Position numbers and translations under genes: made by a program
Source of the DNA: Macrostomum lignano
Taxonomy: Eukaryota
Assembly (NCBI GenBank): GCA_002269645.1
Contig: NIVC01001521.1
Span: forward strand, 1-64,000
DNA length: 64,000 nucleotides
Direction of reading: 5' to 3'
In this document: piece after piece, positions 35,604 to 46,593 of the stretch
Layout: every line of letters starts with the position of its first letter
Numbering within the stretch: position 1 is the stretch's first letter
Notes under the pieces: model-generated
Told to the model about the DNA's origin: nothing
Database searches by the model: none
Seen by the model: only the letters and a program-made list of their open reading frames with translations

Positions 35604-36436
35604 CCATCGGCCGTCCCGCAAGCAGCCGCCCCAGCCGGAGCCAGAAGCAGCAGCCGCGCGGCGGCCACCGCGTGACTCAGCGAAGCCCGCGTCCTGGCCA
35701 ACGGCGTCGAGTAAACTGAGTCGGAGCTGCCGCTGCCGCCAGATTCAGCATCTTCATCATCCTCGTCAGCTTCATCATTGTCCGGTTCTACAGCGGACGA
35801 AGCTTCTGTTTCTTCATTGTGAGTCGGAGGCTGATCAGATTGCAGACTCTGCATCAGCTGACGCAAGTCCATGGTAACTGAGGAGTCTGTGACGGCTAGC
35901 AGAGCCTGTCGATGAGGTCGCCGATGAGGCTGACGTCGCATACGTTGCTGCTTCTGCTGCAGCTGCTGATTCTGCCGCTGCTGCCGACGCTGGTGCTGAA
36001 GCTCCAGACGTTCTTGTTGTCCATCAAACAGAAGCAACTCCGACAAAAGCAGATTACAAGAGGCCAGCACAGCGCGATGCTGATTAGACTGATTGAGCAG
36101 CTGCAGTGAGCAGGCTAACAGGCGGCGCAGTCGGCTCCGCTCTCGCAAACTCAGCTGACTGCGCGAGTCCGCGTCTTCAAAGCAGCTGCGAGCAACTCGA
36201 TAGCACAGCATGCCGACCGGCGTGGCGAACGGGTTGTCCTCAGGATCCTGGCCTGATCCAGCGGCTGTACCTGTTTGGCAGCCACCGCGATCACTGCTGT
36301 CCTGACTGGAAGGTCTGCTGTCACCGGCGGGTGAGGAGGCCCGACCAGTATCAGCGGCGGAGCCACCAGTGTACTGAGCTGGATTCTCGCATAGGCTGGT
36401 GAGATCGTATAGCTTCACAATGTCGCTGTTTGGCGC
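35604..36436 (-). CDS. EDRF1: EDRF1-like gene, exon 2 (833 nt)
   Basis: ccacag|GCG gives APNSDIVKLYDLTSLCE, continuing GHTYWLFK from exon 1 as in EDRF1; also contains DNPF.TPV.ML.YRVA. Donor GG|gtgagt. Confidence 0.85.
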
Positions 36437-36444
36437 CTGTGGAT

Positions 36445-36700
36445 AGGGGATTAGGGATTAGGATATTAGGGGATTGGAGATTATAAGATAAAGGATTAGA
36501 ATCTTATGGATTAGAAGATGAGGTGATTAGGGATAGGTATTATGGATTAGGAGATTAGGTTATTAGGGATAGGGGATTATGGATCAGGAGATTAGGTTAT
36601 TAGGGATAGGGTATTATGGATTAGGGAATTAGGGATAAAGTATTATGGATTAGGGGGATTATGGATTATGGATTAGGGAAGTAGAGGATTATGGATAGGA
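36445..36700. repeat. GGATTAG(G)-type short tandem repeat, EDRF1 intron 1
   Basis: Imperfect GGATTA/TTAGGG-rich array next to the exon 2 acceptor. Confidence 0.88.
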
Positions 36701-37396
36701 GATTTTGGGATTAAGTTAGCCACTGGTTGAGTTTCTGAAATTAAATCACGACCGTTTTTGGGAAATTTTGGGACCAAAAAATCCCGAATAAATATTGCAC
36801 TTTTTGGCGCGAGGGGCTGTGAGCATCCTGGCGCAACGCCTTCGGTGACATCGTCCCACAACAACTAACACTGACGACAATTCTACCCATGCACATGGAA
36901 TCGAACTATAAGAGTCGTGTGGTCGTTACTCTGACCTCTCCTACAAAATAGATCTAGCAAATGGTAGAACCTTTTTATCAAAACCAGATTACAAAAGCTG
37001 TATTAAACGGTACCAAGGCCAAGAAGCAACTCAGTCACTTGCGTCTCACAGGCATTGCAGGTAACACAGCTAAATTAGGGAAGAAGTGACTTTAGACGAC
37101 TATAAAACGATGTCACTTTATGAATTGGAATCGCACTATCGCATAACGCATTTATAATAACTCTATCTAGTCTACTTAAGTCAGTAGAAAGTTTAGCGCG
37201 TACACAACGACTTTTAGACAACACTCTTTCGTGACTCTTTTACGATTCTGCAACTCAAGTGATGCACTTATGACTCAGCAGTCGCCTCACGCTAGTGAGT
37301 TGTTTGCAATGACTCTTCAGCAATTCTCTAACGGGTGTAGTTCTGTATCCCGTCCGGAGACCCAGAAAGTTTGTCTTTAACTTGAAAAAGCCTCAC

Positions 37397-38464
37397 CTTA
37401 AACAGCCAATAGGTATGCCCTTCCTTAGTGGCATTGGCTTTAAGAAACCAAACCAGCGACCTGGCAATCTCGCGAACCGAGTCCGGATCGAAGCCGGCAA
37501 CCCTAGGAAAATTGTCCGTGCTGAATATGTCAAAGCCTTTGAATAAGCCGTTGGAGTGATAGCACATGGCCAGCTCTGGCACTCCATTGATCATGTTATC
37601 CAACCAGTAGTCAATGCCGGTCAGCACATTGATTGGCTTAGATGAGTCTCTCAGTCTGACACTGATGCAGGGATGCTTCGGCCCGCCAAATATTGGCAAA
37701 TTTGTGCCTAATAGCATTCGAACATTTTCGAAATTCCACACCATACATTTCAATGGATCTTCAAGGCCGGCGTCAGCTGATGATGCAGCTGATGAAGCTG
37801 GCACTTGCTGCTGTTGCTGCTGCTGCTGCTGCTGCAATGTACGACTCTGCCCGCTAGCTTCATCGGAAACTGACGCTGTATGATAAAGAAACTTAGTCAT
37901 CAACCTTTTGTTGCTGACATCGTCTCGCTTGTAACCAGTAGGCCTTACAGCCATGTTGTTGCTGGCGGCAAAGTGCCTCAGCCAGTGCCAGTTCTCAAAG
38001 TCCTGACGAAGCATGAAGGCGAACAGGTCGAACTCGTCAAGCAGAAGGGAATCGCCAACTCGATGCACCATCAAGGATACGTGATTGCCAGGCGAGTAAG
38101 GCATTTTAAGCAGCGATTTAACATTCCTAGATGCAGATATGACGTCAACATTGCCAACCAGCTTGGGAAATTTCGATGCCAATCGAATACTGTACTGCGG
38201 ATCGAGTTTCTCTGTGGATTCTCTGCTAGCTTGAAACACAAGCTTTTCAAGGCTGGAGCGTTGGCGAAAATAATTGGCTGGCTGCGAGTTTAAATCGAAG
38301 TTTGTATCAAATAGTGCAAAATCTCGGGATGATGATGTGGCTGCTGGAGCAGCTGAGGAGGTACCAGATGCCTCCACTGTTGGCAGGGGAAGCATTTTGG
38401 ATGACTCATCGCTTTCCCTGTTTTTGGCAGCAGGCTTGTCAGAAGTTGATTCTAAACTGGACAT
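37397..38464 (-). CDS. EDRF1: EDRF1-like gene (erythroid differentiation-related factor 1), exon 1 (1068 nt)
   Basis: VDVISASRNVKSLLKMPYS..HVSLMVHRVGDSLLLDEFD; MLLGTNLPIFGG; SKPINVLTGIDYWLDN..VPELAMCYH; NATKEGHTYWLFK|gtgagg. The seven exons total 4017 nt = 1338 aa + stop. Confidence 0.9.
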
Positions 38465-38910
38465 GTTTTCATGAAATTGAATTGGTTGAATTAAAATTGA
38501 ATTAATTGGTTGACCAAGATAAAAATGTGAATAATTTAAAAAACTTGCTTTAACTTTTTAAATTTAAAAACAGTGTTCAAATAAAATTGGATTTTTAAAC
38601 ATGAAAATAGTGCTTCCAACCCCTCCAGGAAGTCTAGAGCACACATACCTAAAGTTCTATGCATAGGTAACATAAGAATGCTAAACCAGCATTATAATAC
38701 TATTATTAAACCTATGTAAACGATTTTCTTGCTTTGTGTACAAATGAGTAATTTTGTGTTATCAATATAATATGAGACTCAGGGGTAAATAATTGTTGCA
38801 GCCATTTTTGACTAATTTTGGTTTCATAAGAATTAAGAAAGGTTAGTTTTCTATATAAACTTAGTGTCTAAAATATATAAGTGTCTAATGTCTATAGTGT
38901 CTATGTCTAT

Positions 38911-39294
38911 AGAGAGGAACAAGTAGAGAGGAGAGATGAGAGAGTAGAGGAGACAGTTAAGAGAAGAGAGAAAAGAAGAGCTGAAGAGGGAAGAGATGTG
39001 ATAAGTGGATAATAGATATGAAAGAGAAGAGAGATGAGGGAAGATACGACAAAAGATGGGAGAGAGGAGAGAGAAAACGAAAGAGTAGAGAGGAGAGAGG
39101 AGAGGAGAGAGAAAACGAAAAAGTAGAGAGGAGAGAGGAGAGGAGAGAGAAAAGAAGAGACACGAGATGAGATAAGAGAGATGAAAGAGAAGAGAGATGA
39201 AAGAGAAGAGAGATGAGGGAAGATACGAGAGAAGGAGAGATGAGAGAGGAGAGACAAGGGACGAGAGAGAAGAGAGGAAACAGAAGAGACAATA
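38911..39294. repeat. Polypurine (GA-rich) low-complexity tract
   Basis: Direct observation. Confidence 0.9.
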
Positions 39295-39920
39295 GAAATT
39301 TTAAAGGATCCAAGGGATGTAGGGAGAGGCAGGTAGAGGCCAGAGTTTGCCCATACATGTTTTAGAGTCAGACAGACATTGCCTGACATTCTGCGCAGTA
39401 CCCCAGCGGCCCAGCCAACAATATCAGTGTTTGCCTCAAATCCTAATTTTATGCAAATGTGCTCCATTTTATGTATACCTCTATCCTACTAACTATTAAC
39501 AAGTTTTTGTTTGTGTATGGCCTTAGATTTCAGAATACATGCAAAAGTAGTTCCGGGGATTGGAATTCCCTGGGTTGAAAATCCACAGGTTTCAACAGCT
39601 TGTTGCAAGAATATAATAAAACAAAAGTAAAATACTCAATTTATCCTAAGAAAATAAAGTACAAAATAGCCTTTGCACTATATGTTTATATGTCTTTAAT
39701 AACATAGCATATAAAATTTATAAAATAATAACTATATAAAATATATATTTCAATAAACAAATAAAATCTATATTAGTAAACACACTGTTCTATTCAAAGG
39801 ATATTTTTGCTTATCTATAATTATAAACAATTTATCTTCAAGCTATTAGTTTGTATTTCTATTAGTTAGGGATTATTTGATATTTTTGTATTTGCAATAG
39901 TTAGTACCTTTGGGATTGGA

Positions 39921-40313
39921 GGCTCTCCCTCTCTTCTCTATCCTGTCTCATTATCTTTCCCATATTTGCTCTCTTATCTTTCTTTTCTTTTCTTCTCTTC
40001 TTTTTACTACTCTTCTCCTCTTTTCTATCACTCTATCCTGGCTTTTCACCTCTTTACTCTATCATGTTTCATCTATTCTCTCCTATTTCTCTTATCTATT
40101 CTCTCCTTTTTCTCAACTCTATTCTTTCCTTTAGCTTCTCTTGTCTCTCTTTCTTTCTCTTTTTTCTTTCCTTTTCTTTTTTACACTTTTTTTACTTCTC
40201 TCCACCTTCTTCTCTCTTTCTCTCTCTCTCTCTCTCATAATCCTTATCCCTTGATTGTCTATCCTTTTTTCTTCTATCTTTTTTATCCCTTCTCTCACCT
40301 TTTTCTACTCTTT
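39921..40313. repeat. Polypyrimidine (CT-rich) low-complexity tract
   Basis: Direct observation. Confidence 0.9.
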
Positions 40314-40593
40314 TAGTTGCCTATTCCTTTTTATTTCTATTCTTATCTGCTTCTCAGCCTTTTTATCTGGCCTTTGAGGTAAAAAAAGGCTATTTATCCC
40401 TACTTGGAAAGCCAGTTTATGGGACATAATACTTTCATCGTTGTTTTTATGCTTTGATAATATCATTTTTCTAGCCAATATGTAGCCCAAAAAAGAATTT
40501 CTATATCTTCAACCTAATTGCAGTCTATATCAGTCTAACAACTAAGGAAATATACATATTTTTAGGAGACCATATTAAATTTTACATTACAGT

Positions 40594-41270
40594 CCATACT
40601 CAGGAAGGTGGCCTGCACGCGGGAATTTTCCCGCGTGCACAAGCCACGCTAAAATTTTGGCGTGCAAAGTTGGCGTGCAAATAGGGGTCTCAAGCCACAC
40701 CTAAATTTTCAGCGTACAAGTTTTTTACTTGGTGTGTAACCTTGGCGTGCAATTACAAACTGACAGTATATCAACAAGTCAGATATAGATGTATACACTA
40801 TATATATACAATATATAAAGTTAAACGTGAACAATTGAATTTGAATATTGATTAAACCAACTAGTTGAGGCTACAGCCAGGCCTACACTCTACAGCCAAC
40901 ATTAAAATTAAAATATCCAATAACTTTTAAACGCTCTTATTTTGTGACTCATGTAGACTTTTAGTTTATTTGTTTCTTAAAATTTGAAGAAAAAGTTTTT
41001 GATACTCACTATGTTCTTTGTAGCAAATTTCCTTTTTTTATATAAACTTTGTTTAATGTAAGTAGAAAATTTATTTAAAAATAGTATCTAATACGGTTAA
41101 TATTCAAATCACATATATATGAGGTGTACATGATTTTTGGTATTCAAGATTTTTGGCATGCAACAGAAACGTCATGTTAAGGGTTTTAAAAAATTGGCGT
41201 ACATTGGCATGCACCAAGGATTTTTCTATAAATTGATTCCCATGTGCACTTGCCACCTTCCTGACTATGG
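40594..41270. mobile_element. 677-bp MITE with perfect 8-bp TSD (hAT, P or MULE class unresolved)
   Basis: TIRs CCATACTCAGGAAGGTGGC..TGCAC / GTGCAC..GCCACCTTCCTGACTATGG; TSD ATTACAGT on both sides. Confidence 0.9.
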
Positions 41271-43112
41271 ATTACAGTTACCTTTAGATGAAACTTAATA
41301 TTAAAATTTTGTTATGATTAAATTAGGTTTGTATTGCATTTTCAAAAATATTTTGCTTTTACAAACCATGCTAGATTGCCTTGGATTGCAAATTGCTACT
41401 TACTATTAAATTGATAGAGTTTGCCTATATAGAGGGAAATGGTTCAAATTTTTTACCAAACTATTATAGCTAACATAGCCATCTTAGCCAATAAAATAAT
41501 ATAACAATTTTCAACATAACATAGTTGAAGATTGTCTATCTCAAATTTAAGAGGATTAGTAAAAGTAGAAATAGAATGGCACTATGTAGGATTTAGTGAA
41601 AAAAACTGCTTTTTTTACTGTTTGAGTAACCAGACTTAGATTTTAGAAAATTTAAGGTAGGCCTAGCCTAAGACTATCTTTGTAGTGAGTTTAGGGTAAG
41701 AACAAAATTTGGTGTAATTTAGTTGAGGAGTTTGGTTTGGGAGTCTATAGCAATCAAAATTGTACATTGACAAATATACTATATAGACAGTTTTGATTCT
41801 TAAAGATATAAATAGTAACTGAAGCTGAAGCCTGAAGGTATGCATAAATTTGCAGAATACTAATTATTTTTTTGCTGAAAAGTGGAAAAATAAAATAAAA
41901 CTTTTTCTCTTGTAGTTTTGGAATACTTTCATTTGTGTGCAAAAGTTCTATTCTAGGCCTATCCCTATCTCTAGCCTATTTATTGTTTTAAAAAACAGGA
42001 ACTGAGACAGAAGAGAGTAAAAATTAGACAAAATATACTACTTTTGAAATAAACACGTATAATAAAATATTGACTAAAAACCAATATATTGACTATAGAA
42101 AATTATTCGGCTTAAAAATTGTCAAAAAAGAGATCAATTAAATCACAATGCAATGCAATAAAAACAAAAGCACTGTGAATTGTGATATATAGTGATTAGC
42201 GACACGGAACACATTTAGATAAATGAGTTATTGTATTATTAAAAACCTGGCTGCGTATGGACTCTGAATGCCTTTACTTAGTCTTAGATGTGAGTCCAAC
42301 AACATGGGTTATTACATGTGACGTAAGTGCGGTCCGCGCACGAACTGTATAATTTAAATTTCTTTCGAATTTATAAGGAACTTTCTGGAAAGTTCGTTTC
42401 TTGAAAAAAATTATTCTAATATAACAAATACATAATTACCTTTTAGCTAATTTAGTAAATTCATTTAAAAAAAAATTACTTTAGCAATTAAACATAGTTT
42501 TCTCTAATATAACTACAGATAAAAAAACAAACTATGATGCGCTATAGAAACGATGGGAACGGAAAAGTATTTGAGCGATATATTTGGGTATGGTTCGATA
42601 TTTTTATGAGTTCAGAGAAAGCAAGGCATACACGAGTGAGCGTAAAATGGGGTGAGGCGATCAATAAAGAGTGAAAGTGGTGCGATCAATAATTGAGGAA
42701 TGTGCATAAAAGCAATATAAATATGGGGTTTAGCATCGGTTTAGCCTAAATAAGCGTACACCTACCGTATTGCAAAACGCAAAAGTACAAGAAATACCGC
42801 AAAAAGTTGCAGCTCTAAACCACATAAGGAGCTACTTTAGCTTACGGTAATACTATTAACGGTTCTAGGATATTTGGTCAACTTGCGCAGCAACCCGACA
42901 TTATATTCACCCATTATTCATTATTAAAGCCAAAATTATTCACCCGTCATGTTAGACTGTTAGCTGTTCATCTGCACTGAATGATTAATTAATCTACTTG
43001 TACAATTGTATTTTAGTTATGATCTCTCAGAACTAGTGCAGTGCACCCGCGCCGCGGCCTCGTGGCATGTATCATTCGCATTACATTTTAATACATGTAT
43101 TTAAAAAATGCC

Positions 43113-43238
43113 TGAAGTATCGCACCCCTGCAACGGTACGTGAAACCAATTCCTGCAGCTGTCGCAGTCCCAGTCTGTCATCACCATATCATTGACGCCC
43201 TTTTCGGCAAACAGCTGGCATTTTGGATCTCGCTGACA
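43113..43238 (-). pseudogene. PHD-finger-like relic, possibly transposon-derived
   Basis: CQRDPKC...DWDCDSCRNWFHVPLQGC resembles the W..CD.C..WFH..C.G PHD pattern. No surrounding gene was identified. Confidence 0.35.
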
Positions 43239-43798
43239 TCCGATCTGAAAATAAAATCTAGCTGTATATACCTTTCTTTTTAATCCTAGCTTGCTGTATT
43301 TTTTCGCTGGTAACTTTCTTGGCTGGCAAATATTTTTTGGCTGGCAAATTTCCGGCTGCAGGCAACTTTCGGCTGGCAAAGCTTGTTGACCCGGCCGCTG
43401 CTTATAAGAACCCCGAGGAGCTCCTCGCTGCATGGAGAGAGCCTACGATGTATACAATTAGTCTGATGCCATATGATCTCTGGCCATCGTTCGACATACA
43501 TTTAAAGATAGTTTAAAGATTATCAGCAGGTCACACGCCCGAAAGCAATTAAAAATTCTGCACAGTACCCACCAAAAATGTGATGCTGTACTAGCTATAA
43601 TAAAAATAAATTAGCCGTTGTAGGATTAATTAAGTTTATTGTTTTCAAGCACTGAACATAAATAACGTTATACATGTACTTCTACAACATGGGTCCATGG
43701 ATTTTCTCTGTACATGTACTTCAGAAATTAAAAGCAATGTTTTGCTTTAACCAAATCTGAATTCTTCTACCACGTCATGACAGGGTAATGAGGGTTAT

Positions 43799-45004
43799 TC
43801 AGCCGCTCCCGAAAAGAATATTGCGGCACATTTCTCCGTACATGGAGTTCCGGCTTCTTATGCTAGACATGTTCTCATCGTCGAATGTACCAAACAGGTG
43901 TACAGCGTAGTTTTTCTTCCTCCAGTCCCACCGGTGCTGCTGTCCGATCCCGTAGATCCAGGCCACCTCGTCCGGAGTCCAGTTCGGACGGTTCAAACTG
44001 TCTTCCTCCACGTGGCACAGATCTGGAAACGCGCGCTGCATCGAGTGCGGCAAACGTACCGAGTGCTCATTCCACGCGTCATCATTGAACACCTGATATG
44101 CGGTGTGCCACATGGCCAGAAATGTCCAGTTTGGAGCGGACAAGAAGATGCCGTTGCACAGTCCATCGCTCGTCTCTCTGCCGATAGTGAAGGCAAACTT
44201 CCGCAACGGGTCCAGCGGCTTCAGCACGAGAACGTCGATGTCTAGATACACGCCGCCAAATACCAGCACAGCCTCCAGCCTCATCACATCCGACTGGTGC
44301 TCTCTGCCACGAACTGGCACCGAGTACACCGATGTGGGAACCGGTCTCTGAGCCATGATAATTTTCTCATCCCACTCCGCCTCGGTGAGGTTCTTCCTCA
44401 CTCGGTCCCACCACTGTCCGGTAGGCAGCCTGCCTGGAGCGTACCACAGCATCATGCGGTGCGGCTTCATCACGTGAAGGCAGCTGAGAATGCTGACCAT
44501 GTGGTGAAACTGCAGCTGGGTGTCGCCGAAGGGTAGCACAAAGTGGGCAACGTTTGGCACCAGGAAGCCAGGCTGAACGGTGGACTTGGCGACAGCCTGG
44601 ACCTCCGCTATGGTGAAGCGCCTGCCGCGGGGGCTGTGCAGCACCCACGCACTGGTATTGAACACCGGCAGGTAGCTCAGCATCATCTGGTCCAGCTGGT
44701 TTCTGTGCGGGCCGCTGTGCTGCCTGATGACCTCATCCCTAAGCTTTGGGAAATTCTGCCTGAGAGCCTGCAAGTCCAGCTGCAGGTGTGTAGTGTAGGC
44801 CTGTGCAACTTGGTGTCTCGGGGTCAGAGCCGGCACGCTGAGCAGATGCAGGTAGAACAGACCGGCAAGCAGGCAGCATGCGAGCGGCAGCAGCAGCAGC
44901 AGCCGCCTTCTTGAGAAATAAAGCATCTTACCGAGTGCTGACTGACAAAAAGATTGAAAGTCGTTCGACACGCCATTCTGGGATGCGGGAGCTTCGTGAG
45001 TCAT
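43799..45004 (-). CDS. Glycosyltransferase family 32 (DXD; alpha-1,4-glycosyltransferase-like), type II membrane, intronless
   Basis: Basic residues plus a TM segment (RRRLLLLLPLACCLLAGLFYL); VPNVAHFV; HQSDVMRLEAVLVFGGVYLDIDV; LCNGIFLS; YAVHL. ATG at 45004 or 44926. Confidence 0.9.
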   Translation of the reverse strand: MTHEAPASQNGVSNDFQSFCQSALGKMLYFSRRRLLLLLPLACCLLAGLFYLHLLSVPALTPRHQVAQAYTTHLQLDLQALRQNFPKLRDEVIRQHSGPHRNQLDQMMLSYLPVFNTSAWVLHSPRGRRFTIAEVQAVAKSTVQPGFLVPNVAHFVLPFGDTQLQFHHMVSILSCLHVMKPHRMMLWYAPGRLPTGQWWDRVRKNLTEAEWDEKIIMAQRPVPTSVYSVPVRGREHQSDVMRLEAVLVFGGVYLDIDVLVLKPLDPLRKFAFTIGRETSDGLCNGIFLSAPNWTFLAMWHTAYQVFNDDAWNEHSVRLPHSMQRAFPDLCHVEEDSLNRPNWTPDEVAWIYGIGQQHRWDWRKKNYAVHLFGTFDDENMSSIRSRNSMYGEMCRNILFGSG

Positions 45005-45201
45005 GATTGGCAATATCAAAGCTTTCTTAAGCTATTACTCATTTAGTTAGATATATAGATAAATACTGCTATAGTTAGTCATAATTATAGATATTGCTAT
45101 TAAAGCTTAAGGCAAAAAATCCAACATTTCGACCATAGACAAAAGTCTGAAACTAAAATTAGACAAAAAATCTCAGTGCACACCTTTATAACCACTTCAA
45201 C

Positions 45202-45477
45202 CACAGAATATACACAGAATGCCAAATCGAGCGATTTCCATGAAGCCGAATTAAAATTCGTGTGCACTACTGACTGAACTTAGCTCAGACTGAACTTAAT
45301 TTTCATTTGAAAGCAAAGAATAAAAATCGCTCTTGGAATAGTCTATGGCAAAAACTCAAGCCCTACTTATCAACGCTTCACAACAACGCTTCACAAGAGT
45401 AGGCTGATGTGATTTCAATTCTTGCACCGATTTTTTAAACAAAAATTCTCGAATCGGCATTCTGTGTATATTCTGTG
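45202..45477. mobile_element. 276-bp MITE with 8-bp TSD
   Basis: 22-bp perfect TIR CACAGAATATACACAGAATGCC / GGCATTCTGTGTATATTCTGTG; TSD ACTTCAAC / ATTTCAAC. Confidence 0.85.
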
Positions 45478-46593
45478 ATTTCAACTTCGGTTTTGAGTGC
45501 GCTCAATTTTGACTGACTGACTCACTACTGACTGACTGACTAACTGATTAACTGACTGACACCCACCAAGAGACAGGGGCGCCCACACCAAGACACTAAC
45601 TATTGGCGCCTCTTTAGGGTTGCAGCCTGTCCAATTAAAAATACCTGTGTGCGTGTCGACTAGCTCTCTTGCCTGAGCAGAAATTGTGCTTAGCTACAAG
45701 TCTCTCTGCAAGCCGTCTTACCTACTCATTGTAGCTATTGTTCGTTCCTTTGTTGGATTTGTTGGCTCAACTGCCAAAGTCTCTCATTAGGATCGTTAAT
45801 TAGAGCAACGGCAATACGCGTGGGTTCCCAGGATGCATTGTGGGGGATTGCTATAGTTACGAAGACGGAATGCTCTCAGAAAACTCTCCCAATTCTCCCA
45901 GAAAGTCAGAATTTTCCCATGAACGCTAATTTATTCAATACAACTCAGTGCAGCCTTCCCAGGCCTTCCAATTTCATCAGCACGTCGACCGCATGTGTCT
46001 GCATCTGCCATGACTTCTCAAATTTCTGGACCTCCAACAGGTGACTCAAGTTGACAATTGCGAATGTTGAAAACAGTGTCTCCAATTGAAAGTCCATCCG
46101 AATTTCGCGCTTTCATTTATTGCAAGAAGAATAAAGAGACCAATAAAACAAATTTTACAGTTTGTGTGCTGTAAATGTGTTTTGTAAAGTATATAAGATT
46201 GAATTTTTAATTGTTCATGCCATTAACATTCTCGATAGGACCCCTGTCGTGCGTGAGAGACTATTATCAATTTATTGCTTATTCTTATTTAAGCTAATTT
46301 AAGCATGCAGAACCGAAACAATTTAAAGAAATAAGAAGGGAATTCCTTATATCACTTTAAGTACTCTTAGAATATATTTAGATCAAAAGACCATTTTTAG
46401 TATATAGGACATTAAGTTCTTTTCAACCAGATATTTGGTCATTAATACATGCACGTTCACAAAAAAGAATCTGCATTACATATTTTTATCAAGAGCATTG
46501 ACCGAGCCTTTGCCAGAATTCCAGACAAATTTCCAAATTTTCACTTGCCAAAGGTCACATTCGTCTGAATCAAAGTATTTTTAAATCGACTGC

